Assembly: GCA_053919585.1 (NCBI GenBank)
Contig: CM132786.1
Reading direction: 5' to 3' (one strand)
Source of the DNA: Euprymna scolopes
Lineage: Eukaryota
DNA: 64,000 nucleotides
Position 1 is the first letter of the stretch, and the number at the start of each line of letters is the position of its first letter. The notes beneath the pieces were generated by a model. The model saw only the letters and a list, made by a program, of their open reading frames with translations, searched no databases and had not been told where the DNA came from. Shown one piece after another: positions 37,087 through 50,999 of this stretch. The position numbers and the translations under genes are program-made.

Positions 37087-39677
37087 TAAACCGCACCTGA
37101 AAAGGTTATGCTACTAACAATGTAGATCTGAAGAGGAACATACCCTTTGCTTAATAAATGCCTCTCAGGATAAATTGAAATCCCACGTGGCTACGTGGGT
37201 GTTAAAAATTATTATATGTACTAAAGTGAAATTAAGATGGGTAATCCACTTGCAATCAAACAAGAGAAACCAACCCGTAAATTTCTGTTTTCTTTTTTCT
37301 CACTAACACCTCCTGCACTGCACAGGGCAACGGTGATATATCATTATGTTAAATGCATCAATGTGTGTCGCCATTTTACATACAGCAGAAATACAACAGT
37401 TGCAAGATTATTTTAGCTGCTAATAAGAAATTTTCCATCATACGCTATTCAGCATCGACATTTGTTTCACTTGCTATTTATATTTACCCATTTTACATGT
37501 AACTAATGTTAAGGTTATTAATTGCTTTGAAGGTCAACGTGTTGCATATTAGGAATCCTACGTCAGTAGCGATAAAGTAAGCCAGTGTGAATTTTAACGA
37601 GTGCCATATTTAGTGCATGTCAAAATAATCTTTATCTGCTTACAGACTCGATCATAGAGATGAATGATTGCAATTGTATACAGTGTGTCGAGGTCAAACG
37701 CCATAAACAAAACAGGCGTCAAGCGATGACGAATGGTGAATGACGTCACGTTTTTCTAGCGACAGTAAGCTAATTTTTCTGTAAGTGAATACATCTCTCG
37801 CTGGAAGTCGTGTAATCGAGTCAATGATGTAAAAAAATTGATAATATCAGCGAATGTTTACGAGGTCTCTGTTAATGCAGGTCACTCATTTCGTTTAATC
37901 AGCTATTTAATTTTTAATAATTGTTGAAATATTTTTTGGTGGACTTAGGAGGGTAGATATTTACATGCTTCCCACCTCAGCATGATGTGACACAAGGCCA
38001 GAAAGTGTGGATATCTAGCTAGAACATTAAGCATTTCCATCGGCATTCCCCAGTATGGGCGCCTCGGTCAATAGGCAATAAACTTACATCACGCGAAATC
38101 AAGGTAGCAAAGCCTGGGAGGATAGACCTGCCAGGTATTACCCAGGTGGTGTACCTAAGTTTGATAGGTACTGGGCCAGTTTCTGGACCCGTATCTGTCA
38201 GGATGATTATCAAGAATAGATACTGGTACATTCTCCTCAAATCCCCAACAGCTGAAGCAGCAAGAAGATTATCTTCATTGATATAATAAGAGAATGATTA
38301 CAAAAAAGTAAAGGCGCTATTTTAGACAGGAATAATAGGAACTGAACAATCAAATGACACCGCACTCTACTAGCAACCAAATAAAAACCGTAATTACTCC
38401 ATAAATGTATAAAATCTCTTAACAATTCTCACACAGCTTTCCATTCTCCACGCGAGGAGGAACTTTATTGTTTGTTTCGAAACTTCTTCAGATTCCTACC
38501 AGGATTTCCTCGTCAGCAAACTTTTATAATCCAAAGCTTCCCTGGATCGATACTGCCATTTTGTTTGGAACATGTTTCTTCTCTTCTAGAACCAAAATAG
38601 TTTACAACTCAACAGTAGTAAAGAGCTAGCTCTAATAACATGTCCCTCTATCTTACATTCATTAACTCAAAATAAAACCATATATAGACGCTTACAGCAG
38701 ACGTCTCTTGGTGTCTTTTCTGCACGAAAAGTTTTAATCGTCGTATTTAAACAGACAGGACGATCGACGGTCACTCATGGAACGAAAACAAAGATCTTGT
38801 ATAAACACCGCACACGTATAAACTCTCTTTATTTGTTATTGAAAGCATGGCAAAAAACAAATAATATTCAAGCGTTATCAACATCCCCAATAGTTATGAA
38901 ATGTATTTGTAGAGTATGGAACACATTTTACGAAACTGTAATTGCTTTAGATCACCTCTTGACCTCCTGTGAGATTTTGATGTGGCTTTTGACCATTTCT
39001 AGAATATATGTTTATTAGGCATATCAAATGTAAACGTTGTTATGGCTTCTGCCGTTCCTAAAGGGAAATATGCATTTATTCCCAAAATAACCTTGTCAGC
39101 AAATTGCCATTGCGTATTGGCATTCTAAATGCAAAGGCTTCTCTTTCCCGTAGAACTACCATTTTGTCTAACAATCTGATATGCTTAATGCCAACGTCTT
39201 TCAGAGATTGACATTAAACTGGCGAAAATGCATGCCTCTCTCCTAGACATCTCCTGGAAAATATCCATAAATAAAGATAACACAGATATCTTAGCATAGT
39301 AACCAACGGAAGTTTGTAGAATACGAATAAGAAAAACCGCCTTTTGTATAAATCAAATTCTGAACCTTATAAACTTTTGAATATCAGCATTTTACTTTTT
39401 AATCGCATTGTATCCAAAAGTGCAATGACCATGAAAAGGTTTGTTAGTCAAGTTAAGCAAATTGAAATAAACGTTGGTACATTTATCACAATTTCACTGG
39501 CATTTTACAAGCATTCATGCGATTAGGATTGCTGTAAGATATCTATCTAAAAGTTGCATTAATATATTTTGAATAAAATGCATTAACATGTAAAAGAAAT
39601 TTAATTGTAAACTCAGAATACACATTTTATCCGCTATGGTTATAATAAAATAATTAAGTAAAATGGTCAGTTGTGTT

Positions 39678-39730
<53 letters not shown>

Positions 39731-40590
39731 TCGTTTTCTTGGACGTGCGCTCCTTTTTATAGTCTTCGTTTTCCTCATCGTGATATCATTTCGCTCACGG
39801 CTCGGTATTTTCAGCAACATGTGATCTAAATCTGAATTTTTAATGTAAATATTTCAAAATCAAATCAATTTAGTTGGAAATTGATTTATAGATTGACCTG
39901 GGTTTTTTTTACACTTTTTAAAACAATGAGACCGATATATTGCACAAAATCAAACTTATTTCATGAAAAAAAACCCAACAAACTTAATCAACTAAAACCC
40001 TCTAACATACAAAAAACAGCACAGAAAATTAAATAAAAATAAAAGAGTAAATACAATACTTTTACGAACGGTTTTTGTGTGTGTAAGTCACTTTGTGTGT
40101 ATGAGATTTTTCCTTATAGGTTTCGAAACGGCTGGGTCTATCTGTTGCAAGTATTACATAAAGCTAGTGCATACGTCTGGCGGTGTTTTTAGATATGTTT
40201 TGTACAGAAATTCATCCGATAAGTATTTAAACGAAAAAGTCCCATCTTGAAAATAGCTTTTCTTTCTTACCGATAGAAAATAATTATTTTACTGGAAATT
40301 ATTTTACGTTACATCGGTGAAGGAAGATAATAAAATTTTAGCAAATTATTTCATCATTAAAACAAACAGATTTATTGTAATCTGAAGATATACCTTAGTG
40401 TAAGAAAATTCGACTACAGATCGAGTGATCCCCTACTCAAGCCCCTTTTTTCTTTTTTCTTATTAATGTGTTCAATTTCGATAAAAGAAGATGTACAATT
40501 AGAAATCGCCGCAAATCATTTTTTGTTTGCATATCTAAAAATAAACATTAATTAGAAGTGAAATAGCTGGCGTAATATTGTAAATAAACA

Positions 40591-40793
40591 NNNNNNNNNN
40601 NNNNNNNNNNNNNNNNNNNNNNNNNNNNNNNNNNNNNNNNNNNNNNNNNNNNNNNNNNNNNNNNNNNNNNNNNNNNNNNNNNNNNNNNNNNNNNNNNNNN
40701 NNNNNNNNNNNNNNNNNNNNNNNNNNNNNNNNNNNNNNNNNNNNNNNNNNNNNNNNNNNNNNNNNNNNNNNNNNNNNNNNNNNNNNNNNNNNN
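40591..40793. other. Assembly gap (N)
   Basis: Run of N. Confidence 1.
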
Positions 40794-41883
40794 TCCGAAG
40801 GAAAACGGGCAATAACTACAATTACGAGATGCGTTCCAAAAGTAATATCCTTTATTGTTTTATAGTGCCCCAATAGTCAAAGGGAATTACAAATTGCGTT
40901 GCTATGACGGCTTACCTTATGTATTCATGACTGGAAAGTTTCATTTTCTTGCTGCATATATTGTAGGTGTGAGACTTTACAAACGCAACATCTGTCGTTA
41001 ATATGCGTCAACAGCAGTTATGTGTCATTTAATTCCTTGGAAAAATGCTTTGATGATCGTAGTGCTTATGTAGAAAAATTAATTCCTGAACCAGAAATGT
41101 CCTCGTTTTAATGGTATCCCCTTCGTCTTCGTAACGTTTCAAAGTTTTAAGTGAAAAAAGTATTAGGCTTTACTTTCAGAACAAACTTTATGTGGAAAAA
41201 CCAATCTGGAAATCATTGAACAGCCATTATATCGTTCACAAAGTGCGTGGGGATTGACTGACTCTGTACCAAAAATCATTTGGGTCACAAAATATCGTTT
41301 CTTTAAATGGTAACTCTCGTGTCATCGTATCTTGAGTTCCAAATAGGAGGCTTTATATTTGGAACTCCGCATATGTAGATGTCCTTTAATATCTCCAGAG
41401 TAATGACTATTGGAGAGAGCTTAAATGTCTACTAGATACTATCCCCGAGTAGCTAAGGTCTCTCTGTACAGAAGTTGGTCAAGTCCAACGTGCATGGAAT
41501 ACTTTTTATTTTAAGTAAACCATGACTAAAAATTCAAAATCAGATAGCATTTGTGGCTAAATACATCATCCTGAATATGGTTAACTCCCACTATCATGTA
41601 AAAGGAATGGTGCACGTTTTTTAGTGATTTTATCTTCAGTAGCAGCACAGAGCTGGATATTCTACCAGACTGGATACTCTACCAACCTTCAATGAAATGT
41701 AGTAAGACTATGAAGCCTGAAGAAAATATACTATTGCATACGTCCTTTATTAACAAAGTGTTTGAGAGGTAAAGGAAGCTTTAATGGAAGATACGAACAT
41801 TTATGCCTCTCATATAAAGATACAGTTTAATCTCTAGGAAGGGAACACTTTGATTTTTGAGAACTTCGACAAGAATAAAATGA

Positions 41884-41936
<53 letters not shown>

Positions 41937-42409
41937 TCATCGCTTTCAAAAACAGTTTTAAGACCTCACAATTATTTCTTTGCTTTGATGTATTGTTCAA
42001 GTTTAATAAATATATTATAAATGTGAGTAAATACAAACTAGGTTGGTAGATTAAATAAATTTACTTTATATGGCCGGGACAAAGTAGGAATACTGGGACA
42101 AGAAACCAATAAAAAGTTAATAAAAATCAAATCAAACGAAGGTCATTTTATGAGATCAAGCATGCATTATACCCAATATTGAAACAAATTCACATGTTAT
42201 AAGGTATTTAATATAAGCGGAACGAACTAGTACGATCACACAGAAGATAAAATACGCACATCAATTTTTATCCTGCAAAACTAAGAGTAAACTGAACTAG
42301 AAGAAATTAATATATTTGGAAATCTAGTTTATTGTATTCTGTGATTAAAATTTTGTAAGGAAATATCATTTTCACAATTAAGTCGTCACTTATCTCTGCA
42401 TTTTCTCTA

Positions 42410-42453
<44 letters not shown>

Positions 42454-42860
42454 ATGCATTTGAGAAGTTTTATTGCAGATATAAAGTAGATTCTTTGTTA
42501 AGACAGGTGTCCGTTCGATGTGAATGTTTCACTTTAGATCATACTTTAATTATAAGACTTGACTTGCATTTTAACTTAAATTTAAGCCATTATATAAAAT
42601 AATTTTATAAAATTAACATTATGTTCTCTACAGTGCATCGGACACAACAATGTATCATGGAGTAATCAGAGTGAGGAAGCATACGAAGCTTTCTTTCCAG
42701 TTCACCGCTGTGGAGCCCCGAATAGAACAGGCGATTAATCGATTGGATTACACCGATTTCGATGTTAATAAAAGTATTAAAATTGTGAAACATTCTTTGA
42801 TCTATATTTTATCCCGAGCAACGTAGTTTTGGAATCCTTAGGTAACGATCTCACACACAC

Positions 42861-43009
42861 NNNNNNNNNNNNNNNNNNNNNNNNNNNNNNNNNNNNNNNN
42901 NNNNNNNNNNNNNNNNNNNNNNNNNNNNNNNNNNNNNNNNNNNNNNNNNNNNNNNNNNNNNNNNNNNNNNNNNNNNNNNNNNNNNNNNNNNNNNNNNNNN
43001 NNNNNNNNN
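42861..43009. other. Assembly gap (N)
   Basis: Run of N. Confidence 1.
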
Positions 43010-43972
43010 GGGAAACAGAGAGAGATAGAGTCTCTTTAAATCTCCGTGTGTTTGTTTATTTATTAGTCCCAGATCTTATCAACTCCATCATCGGCATATT
43101 GGAAAAGGTAATGTTTATATAAATAATATGATTTCAAGATCATGTCTCTACTGCGATCTTTCCTTTCTTTATTTATAAACTTTTTTTTAATAAACTAACA
43201 CCAGTTTCAGGTTATTTTTGCAACAGAAAATTGATTTCCAGTTGATAATCGGGTTTCCATTGACATACACAGGTCTTGATATATTAAAATAAAACAGTGG
43301 GTGATAATACTTATCAACGCTTCGACCTTTTTTCTATAACCCCGATATAATCTAGTTTGCCTCGTATCATCAACAACCCCCGCTAGTAATGGGTTGTACA
43401 TATTTGTATGTGTTTTATATGTTCATTTGGCAGACGAAACCATCTATCACTGTTCACTTCGTTTGTTTTACACTAAAAAAACAATTATTTCTTTGGAAAA
43501 ATGTAATTACCGCTGAAAGTGCAGATTTACTGAGATAAATACAATAACGGCTCAATGTAATCAATGGTTTTAACATGTCGGAAATAAATGAAAAACCGGA
43601 AGAGAATGTTCATTGTATTGAGAAATAAGTGATCATTACGACGAATTACTGTTATCTAATCTACTTTTAAGTGCATGTTATTGCACTCGATGATTTACCA
43701 TATAATTGAAGTACTGAAAGAGGAAACTAGTTTTCAAATATTCTAGTTCTTTTTTTCCTTCCAAGAAGAAATCAATTCCAACTTAAATTTCTCTCAAGAG
43801 AAATTACTTCAATTATATTTTATCAACCACGGGCAAAATATCAATACTATGTGTTAATACAAGTTTCCCACTTTCGTTTAAAAAACAATTATAGCCAGAA
43901 TACTTATTGTCAAACAAAAAGAAAAAGTTAAGTCGTCGCTTATCTCTGCATTTGCGTTACAGATATCAGCTT

Positions 43973-44210
43973 TCTCTACTTATATATAAAAGGTATTTTG
44001 TCAGTCTGTTTGTGAGAGAAAGATTTCTCTATGAAATCCGAAACGAAACCGCTTAGCCAATTTTTTAATTGCAGAAAAATGCACTTATTTATCTATGAGT
44101 GTTCTTAGAGCGGTTTTGTATCGAAGTGCTTCCTATAAGTATCGAAATTATAATTGAGGAAATCATATAAAAAAGGGAACAACTTGATATTACAGCAGTT
44201 AAACCCGTTA
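43973..44210 (+). mobile_element. Possible non-autonomous Helitron-like 5' end
   Basis: TCTCTACTTATATATAAAAG...TTTGTCAGTCTGTTTGT...GAAACCGCT..CCAATTTT resembles the layout of arthropod non-autonomous Helitron 5' ends; no clear 3' CTAG end found. Confidence 0.35.
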
Positions 44211-45162
44211 CATAGCCTAAAATCGTAAATGTATTTTGAGGAGTTGTATTGCTACACAAGCAGAAGGGGGTAGTTTATAAAATATACAGTAGATACAGAC
44301 GTTTATATAGTATATTACACTGTGTAACAAAATTTAGGCAAAGAAAAAGCTACATACAGAATATACCTGGTTTGGTCTAAAAAAGTATCTGATATTAATG
44401 TAATAGAGCACGCGCGTACATATGGCAGCAGCAACAACTGTACATAGATGGCCGATCTGTTTGAAATATACATTTCATATTTCATGCTAAAATGATTTCC
44501 GCTCACTGCACATATACAAAATCTGATGCACACACAATCTCACCAGCAGAATAGGCGTGGAAATAGACACACGTACATCTGCATAGCTATCATATTAACA
44601 ATCATAAACATAAAACTATAACGCGAACATGAAAAGCGACGCCAGAAATAAACAGTTATACTAAAAAATGTTTTAAGCATATAAAAGGTTCTTTCATCTT
44701 ACTCATATACTCTGAAATCTTAAGATTTATTTTATTTTTATTATTTTTGTTTATAATTTGTCAGGAAAATAATTATTTCCCCATGTATAGTTGTGAAACT
44801 TTCTTTGCTCACATTCTATTCTCATACATAGGTGAACCGAGTGCAGTATTCTCAAGAAACCAATAGATTCTTCTTATTTACGCAGTTTACTTCAAGACAA
44901 CGAATTCTCCAGCATCATATTGATTCTTTACATATTGGAAAGTTTATGAATTTTTTGACCGGAATATCCTGGTACAGATTATTTGTTTATGTCATTATTT
45001 CTACTATGTTTATATGTTTGCGTTTAACATAGGGGTCAGATTTCTTCCGAGTTTCATTCTATAAAATCCCAAGTTCTCTTTGATAAAGCTCATTTTACCA
45101 AATTTACATAGCAGAACGAATTGACCGAAATATATCCGTCTACATAAAATGATATGTTTGTG

Positions 45163-48100
45163 TTCTTTTTCTTACAAAGGAATCATCACTTATAAATGGC
45201 AACTCGAGAATAAAGGTTAAAAGTGTACATTGGTCAAAAGGACAATATCATAGTAATCGTTAGAAATGTTAATGTTGTAAATTGGATTACTTAAGGGGAA
45301 CAGCTCATCAAGAACTTATTTACATTGAACTTGAAGACGGCCATATTGTAGTCAGCTGGAAAGCAGGTAAACGGAAGAGTCCACAGTTGTGCAGTTCGAA
45401 GAAAGAAGCTTTTTCATGGAATCTACGTTTGGTTTTAGGTACAGATAAAGAGTGGGGTATATTATTGATAGTGTTTACAGCCAAACGAGTGTTTCTTGTA
45501 AATGTTTGGCGAGGGGCGGGGACCATACATTGCAGCTCAAACCTGTCATGAATACAACGATAAAACAGAGATCGGCTCGCAACGTCTCTTCTGTGAGAAA
45601 GAGGTTGCAGGGAAGAGAAAAGGGCATTCCCCATTAGGCTACAAATTCTATTCTGAAGTATGTCAAGGCAGGATAAGGTTTTCCTAGAAGCTCCTACCCA
45701 GATTTGATAGCAATACTCCATCCTTGGACGAATATATAGATAGAGAATTGCATCAACAGGTAGATATTTACTGGATCGATAGAAGGATCCCATCATTTTT
45801 CCAGCGACCATGGCACAGATTTGATGTACGCATTCCATTTTAGATCAGGAGTAAAGGTCAACCCCAGAAGCTTGTCAAAACAAGGAGCCTCACAAAGAGG
45901 AGGGCTATTCATTACAATTCATGTCAGATTGAGATTAGAGCGTTGATGATGTAAAGATAGAAGCTTGGTTTAAGATGCATTAAAAGTAAGCAGACACTTT
46001 TTCCCCATTGTACAACGTGCTCAAGATCATAGGAGAGAAAATCAAGGAGAACTTGGTCGTTTACGGCCTTTGATGTGCTATAATAGATGGTAGTTTCGTT
46101 AGCAAAAATGTGTACGAATGATTATTAATATAGATCCGGAAGAGAGTTTGATAAGGGTCGACCTTTGAGGGACACCAGCATTAATGCTATGAGCTTCAGA
46201 TTTCTGCACATCAACACTATTATAAACCTATCAGAGAGAAACAATTTCATGATTAAAAATTTCCAGCTATACCACAACTGCAGATTTTGTAAAGTAGACG
46301 TTTATGCCATACTCTATCAAAGTGCTTTGGTATGTCAAGAGCAATTGCCCTAGAAAGGGGGCCTTCGTCGAGAGTTTCGCTAACCCTATGAGAAATAACC
46401 GTAAGCACGCCCGATGTTGATCTAGCAGGACGGAAACTATATTGCATGTCACTAAGAAGATTATATTTGCTGAGATGGTTGACTACTTCTCTATTTAACA
46501 CAGATTCAAGTAATTTACTCATGACGCACAGGGCACTTATTGGTCTGTACTGAGAGGGAGATTGCTGATCACCGTAATTCTTAAATACATGGCATACCGT
46601 TATAATTTCCAGGGTGTTTGGAAGCAATTCTCCTTAAGACAACGCTTAAGCAGCTTTGTTAGTATGTGAGCTAGTTCTAGTTGAAGCTTTTTGACACTAT
46701 AATTGGAATGCCATCAGAAGTTGCTTTACTGGAATTAAGGTTCTTGATTAGCTTAGTAACATCACGCACATATATTTGTATGTCGCATAGCGTGTTTTCT
46801 GATACAGGAGAAAATACGAAGGTGGGTAGCGGCCTTGGACGCATAGAGTAGAATTAGTTGCAAAATTCTTCGCAAATTGGTTGGCTTTGTCTGATGCTGA
46901 CGAGATTACCTAAGGTATTGATGCTAGTCGGAATAGAGCATACACTTCTGTTAAGGATTGTGCTTGCTATTTGCCAAAACTGGTGAAAACCAAGCCGAGG
47001 CTCAGCCACTTTGGACTTGACAGACTGAATATACAACTGTCTAGCGTTCTTCAGTACTCTTTTACAGTGGTTGCTGGCAGTCCTGAAAGCGGATTTAGTC
47101 TGAGTGCATGTAATACGTTGGAAGCAATGGAAAAAGTGATTTCTGTGCGCAATAGCAGCAACACATTCCGGAGATAACGACGACTGGCTGTTAGGTTTTT
47201 CTGGATTTTTTACGAGGGTATGAAACTGTCTTTACCTACAATTAACCATTCCGTCAGGTCTGCTACTATAGAGGATACATCCTTTTAAAACATGGAACGG
47301 AGAGGTAGATCAGATATAACTGTATGGAAGCTATCCAAGTCAGCCATAGAGTATCGATATACTGTACGATGGACTGGTACATCAGAGGTCTTATTACATT
47401 TCTTTGTTATTTAAACTGACACAACAAAGTGATCGGAAGACCCCAGTGGAGACATAACAGAAGAGGAACATAGCTCAGGACAAGTTGTGTAGGAGACTTG
47501 CACACTGACCGTCAGTATCAGGCAAACGGGTGGGTTCGCGAACAATCTGAGTGAGATCATAAGCAATGAAGAAATCGTGACAGAACATTCCCTCATCATC
47601 TGTCTTTTTTGAGTGTGTTAAGCATTCCGCATTGTGAACATTGAAGTTTTCACTGACGTGAATGTTAGCCGAAGGATGAACAGATAGGATGTAGTCGATT
47701 TTCTTAGATATGCCCTTAAAGATAATAACTCCGCTGTTGTGGAGACGATATAGGGCAAATATAAACGCAGTCGTGTGAGCAAATGCAACACGGAAGCATA
47801 TATAGGGCAATTTAGGATCTTCTTAGATGTTAGTACTACACGGAAAGCCATCTTTAATGAAGGCACATTTTCCATTGCCCATGGCGATCTTGGGTGTACG
47901 ATTTAGATGTTAAGTTGGAGTATTTTTTAATTCTAGACTCCTCTAGGGAAATAGTCGGTTCAATGTCAGTTTCACTTAGGAATAATAGGTCTGGTTTGAT
48001 CTCTTGTAATTGGGTTTCAACCTCTGGAAAGTTGGAACATAGATCCCTGATGTTTGAGAAGGAGATATAATAGTAGGAGTCTACGTTGGAAGTTGAAGAT

Positions 48101-48600
48101 CTGGGTTTAACCGTGTGTGTTTTTTGAAAACTTTTCATTGTGTTCTTGTGGGGATTTGTGGAATAGGTCGACAGACTTGCTTAGAGCAGGGCAGAGAAGG
48201 AAAATAAGAGAGAAAAAGAAACGAGGAAATATACTTTTGTTGAACATGATAAGGTAACGCCGTAACAATTACCCATTAATATAGTCCCGAAAAGCCCCAC
48301 CAGAAGCTACTGCATGGTCCAGAATCCATTCACTAAATGGCAATACAGCAGCGCAAGTACTTTGCACTTGCTGATAGGACAGCCTCCTTCGTGGTTAAAC
48401 TAAGGTTCAAATCCCTGACTATCAAACGGATAACGTCAGCCCATATAAAACGTTTAACTCAAGCACCCTTACTAGTGACATGGCGACAAGAATAGACATA
48501 GAAACAGAAGATTTCTGACATCTCTGGCGACTGTTCACACAAAACACTGCAAACCTAAGATGCAGCTTTTTCTTCTCCCTTTGTCAGAAAATTCACTCAT
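45163..48600 (-). mobile_element. LINE family B, near full length, degenerate (APE endonuclease plus RT, CR1/Jockey group)
   Basis: ATG at 48138 (...ISFSNIRDL..., FLSET), FNVHN, SSDH, YRPIS, AIALDI, IRPRMEYC; A-rich 3' end. The 5' limit is approximate. Confidence 0.94.
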
Positions 48601-49631
48601 TCAAAATGATGGCTGAGTGACAAATAAGAAGCGAGAGTAACGGGAGCTGCCGATAACGCATCCAAGATGCATTGTCTACTCTCCATTAAAAAAGATAATA
48701 TTAAGTAAAGTACGTAATATAAATCCAATTTACGTGTTTAAGGAAAAGCATGGTGATAAGGATACCCTTTACCTGAAAATATATAGAATGCTATATTTCA
48801 AATCAATATGCTGGATTTTAATGAAAACAATCATGGACGAGAGAATCTGTTACTGAATAAAAACAAGTAAAATAATAAATATGCCAATTAAAGAATTGCA
48901 GTAAATATGAAAATAATTAAGAGTTGCCAAGAATGAAATAGAAAACTTATAACAATTAAACAACTTATCTTTTAACATCATGCGTCGCAATGAAAAATAT
49001 TTAAGATATTTTTCATTTTTGCTTAAAATCAGCGTTCCAGAAAAAGTTGTAAAATGAGCCGTTTTCAACACGCTACTATTGTTAATTACAGATTGGTTTC
49101 GTGACGTTTAAAAGAATGCAAAATACAGAGAAGAGAGGTAAAAAGAATAAAGATGTGTTCCATATTTACCCTTCATATTGTTCATGAAAAAACAGATTTG
49201 AAATGTGATTTAATTTTAGCAATATTCAATATAATACGAATAATAATAAATTCGTAAAGACGTTCGGTACTAAAAGTAAATAGTATTTTAAATATTAGTT
49301 CACTTTGTATATAAATACTATAAGGTTTCTGCGTTGTGTCATACATACAAGCATATAATCTAATCGTCCGCTACTTGCTCATCTATATGTCCTTTCATGT
49401 GACGCAATAAGACTGTAACTATGTTCTTTAATTTTTCTAAAACGGTCAAATTAAAACAAAACTATTTAAGGCATAGGAGGTTTATTCTTCTTAATTCCAA
49501 ATAATTATAATTACAGATTAATTATATCTTATCGAGATAGACTTCGAGTGACATGGTTGCACTTTCGTATCTCCAATAAACTGACAACTATTCTCACCGT
49601 TTCTGTCAATTGTCATATTCATGCTAACGTA

Positions 49632-49634
<3 letters not shown>

Positions 49635-49712
<78 letters not shown>

Positions 49713-49811
49713 TTTTTTTTACTATAATAATTAAATACCTACATACACTAGTGTTTCATCTTTTCCGGAATCTTCAGTGCAGGGTGTCACGATTAATACC
49801 AGTCGAAAGAT

Positions 49812-49863
<52 letters not shown>
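49635..49863. repeat. Two (TA)n arrays (49635-49708, 49815-49863) enclosing a ~105-bp island
   Basis: Directly visible. Other (TA)n runs occur near 28555, 29042, 31680, 39681, 41888 and 42412. Confidence 0.95.
49738..49783 (-). ncRNA. Minimal type I hammerhead ribozyme motif (Penelope-like), stem II degenerate
   Basis: CCTGCA-CTGAAGA-(13 nt)-GAAAC-ACTAGT-GTA-TGTAGG: complete core, 6-bp stem I, palindromic stem III, GUA cleavage triplet. Confidence 0.72.
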
Positions 49864-49866
<3 letters not shown>

Positions 49867-50999
49867 TGCTTCTTATTCACATTTTTAGTTTGTAGAATTA
49901 GGCCCGCCTTCTAATCATTTGACAAAAGTAACTTCTCTTATCAGCTCCATAACCCAACTCTTATTACTACCTAAATCTTGAGATATCATCCTAAGATCCA
50001 CGCCATCTTAACAACCTCTATATAAAACTGCCTAGAGATCAGAATAATTTTTTAATTATTGTTATTAATTAAATCATTCTAAACCCCATTTTGTTTCTAC
50101 TATTACTCTGAATATTATCTTTTTAGTTTATATTTATATAAACATTTATTTGAAATATAATTTAATTTCAAACATCCCATTTATCCTAGCCAAATTATTT
50201 AGCATCGTCCATTTCTTATGCTACATTATCACTTTTAGAAAATTTTAGAACAGATTTTCATTCATTTTTTAATGTTTCTTTTCGACTTTCGCACTGTTCA
50301 TATTATCCCTGGACTGTATTCTTCTGCAAGTGCTAGACTTTTAAATTGGCAGCAGTTTTTATTCCCTTTATATTTGCTTACTATTCTTTACTAAACCGCA
50401 CATCTTCTTTAACATCTCCTGAACTGCAGGAGCTACAAGGAATTATTGAAGACGACAGCGTTACTTTTTGCGTACGCTAAGTTACGTGATAAAGCGATAA
50501 TGTGTCGCTCTAAAGAAAACAGCACTATAGCTTTATTTTGAAGCTTTTATTGAAACAATTATTTCAGGTAATGGTATGGCCCTGTTAAAGGGTTGCAAAG
50601 ATAAACTGTACGCCAAAATAACGTGAAAAGTATTGCAAAGAATTCAATTGGTGGGTTGTACGTCGAAGCCGACAAACGACATAGGTTGGTCCACCGGATA
50701 TTGATTGGTTATCTATTTTTTCCCACGAAACAAAATGAGACACAAGGTCGGTTTTATGTGGAAGGTAACCAGCTTCTCTCAAAAGCAGATTCTGGAAAAA
50801 TAAAATTGCTTTAGTATAGTAGGGTTTCCTCTTCCATTGACTGGGTGACGTTGACTCGATAAATAATGTTTCAATACTGGGAAAAATAGAGTTGCGATTG
50901 GTATCTGTTGCAGTAAAGCTGACATTTTTGTATCCGGTGAAAAATCGCCTGCAGTCGTATAAACATTTAAGACTGGGTCAGCTGACAAGGGTGTCATTA

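Noticed and set aside
37986-38640. Possible solo LTR (TG...CA with TATA)
   Set aside because: No TSD, second copy or adjacent PBS/PPT to support it.
42380-43985. Short repeat TTAAGTCGTC.CTTATCTCTGCATT at about 42380 and 43928
   Set aside because: Spans an assembly gap; could be a local duplication or an assembly artefact, so not interpretable.
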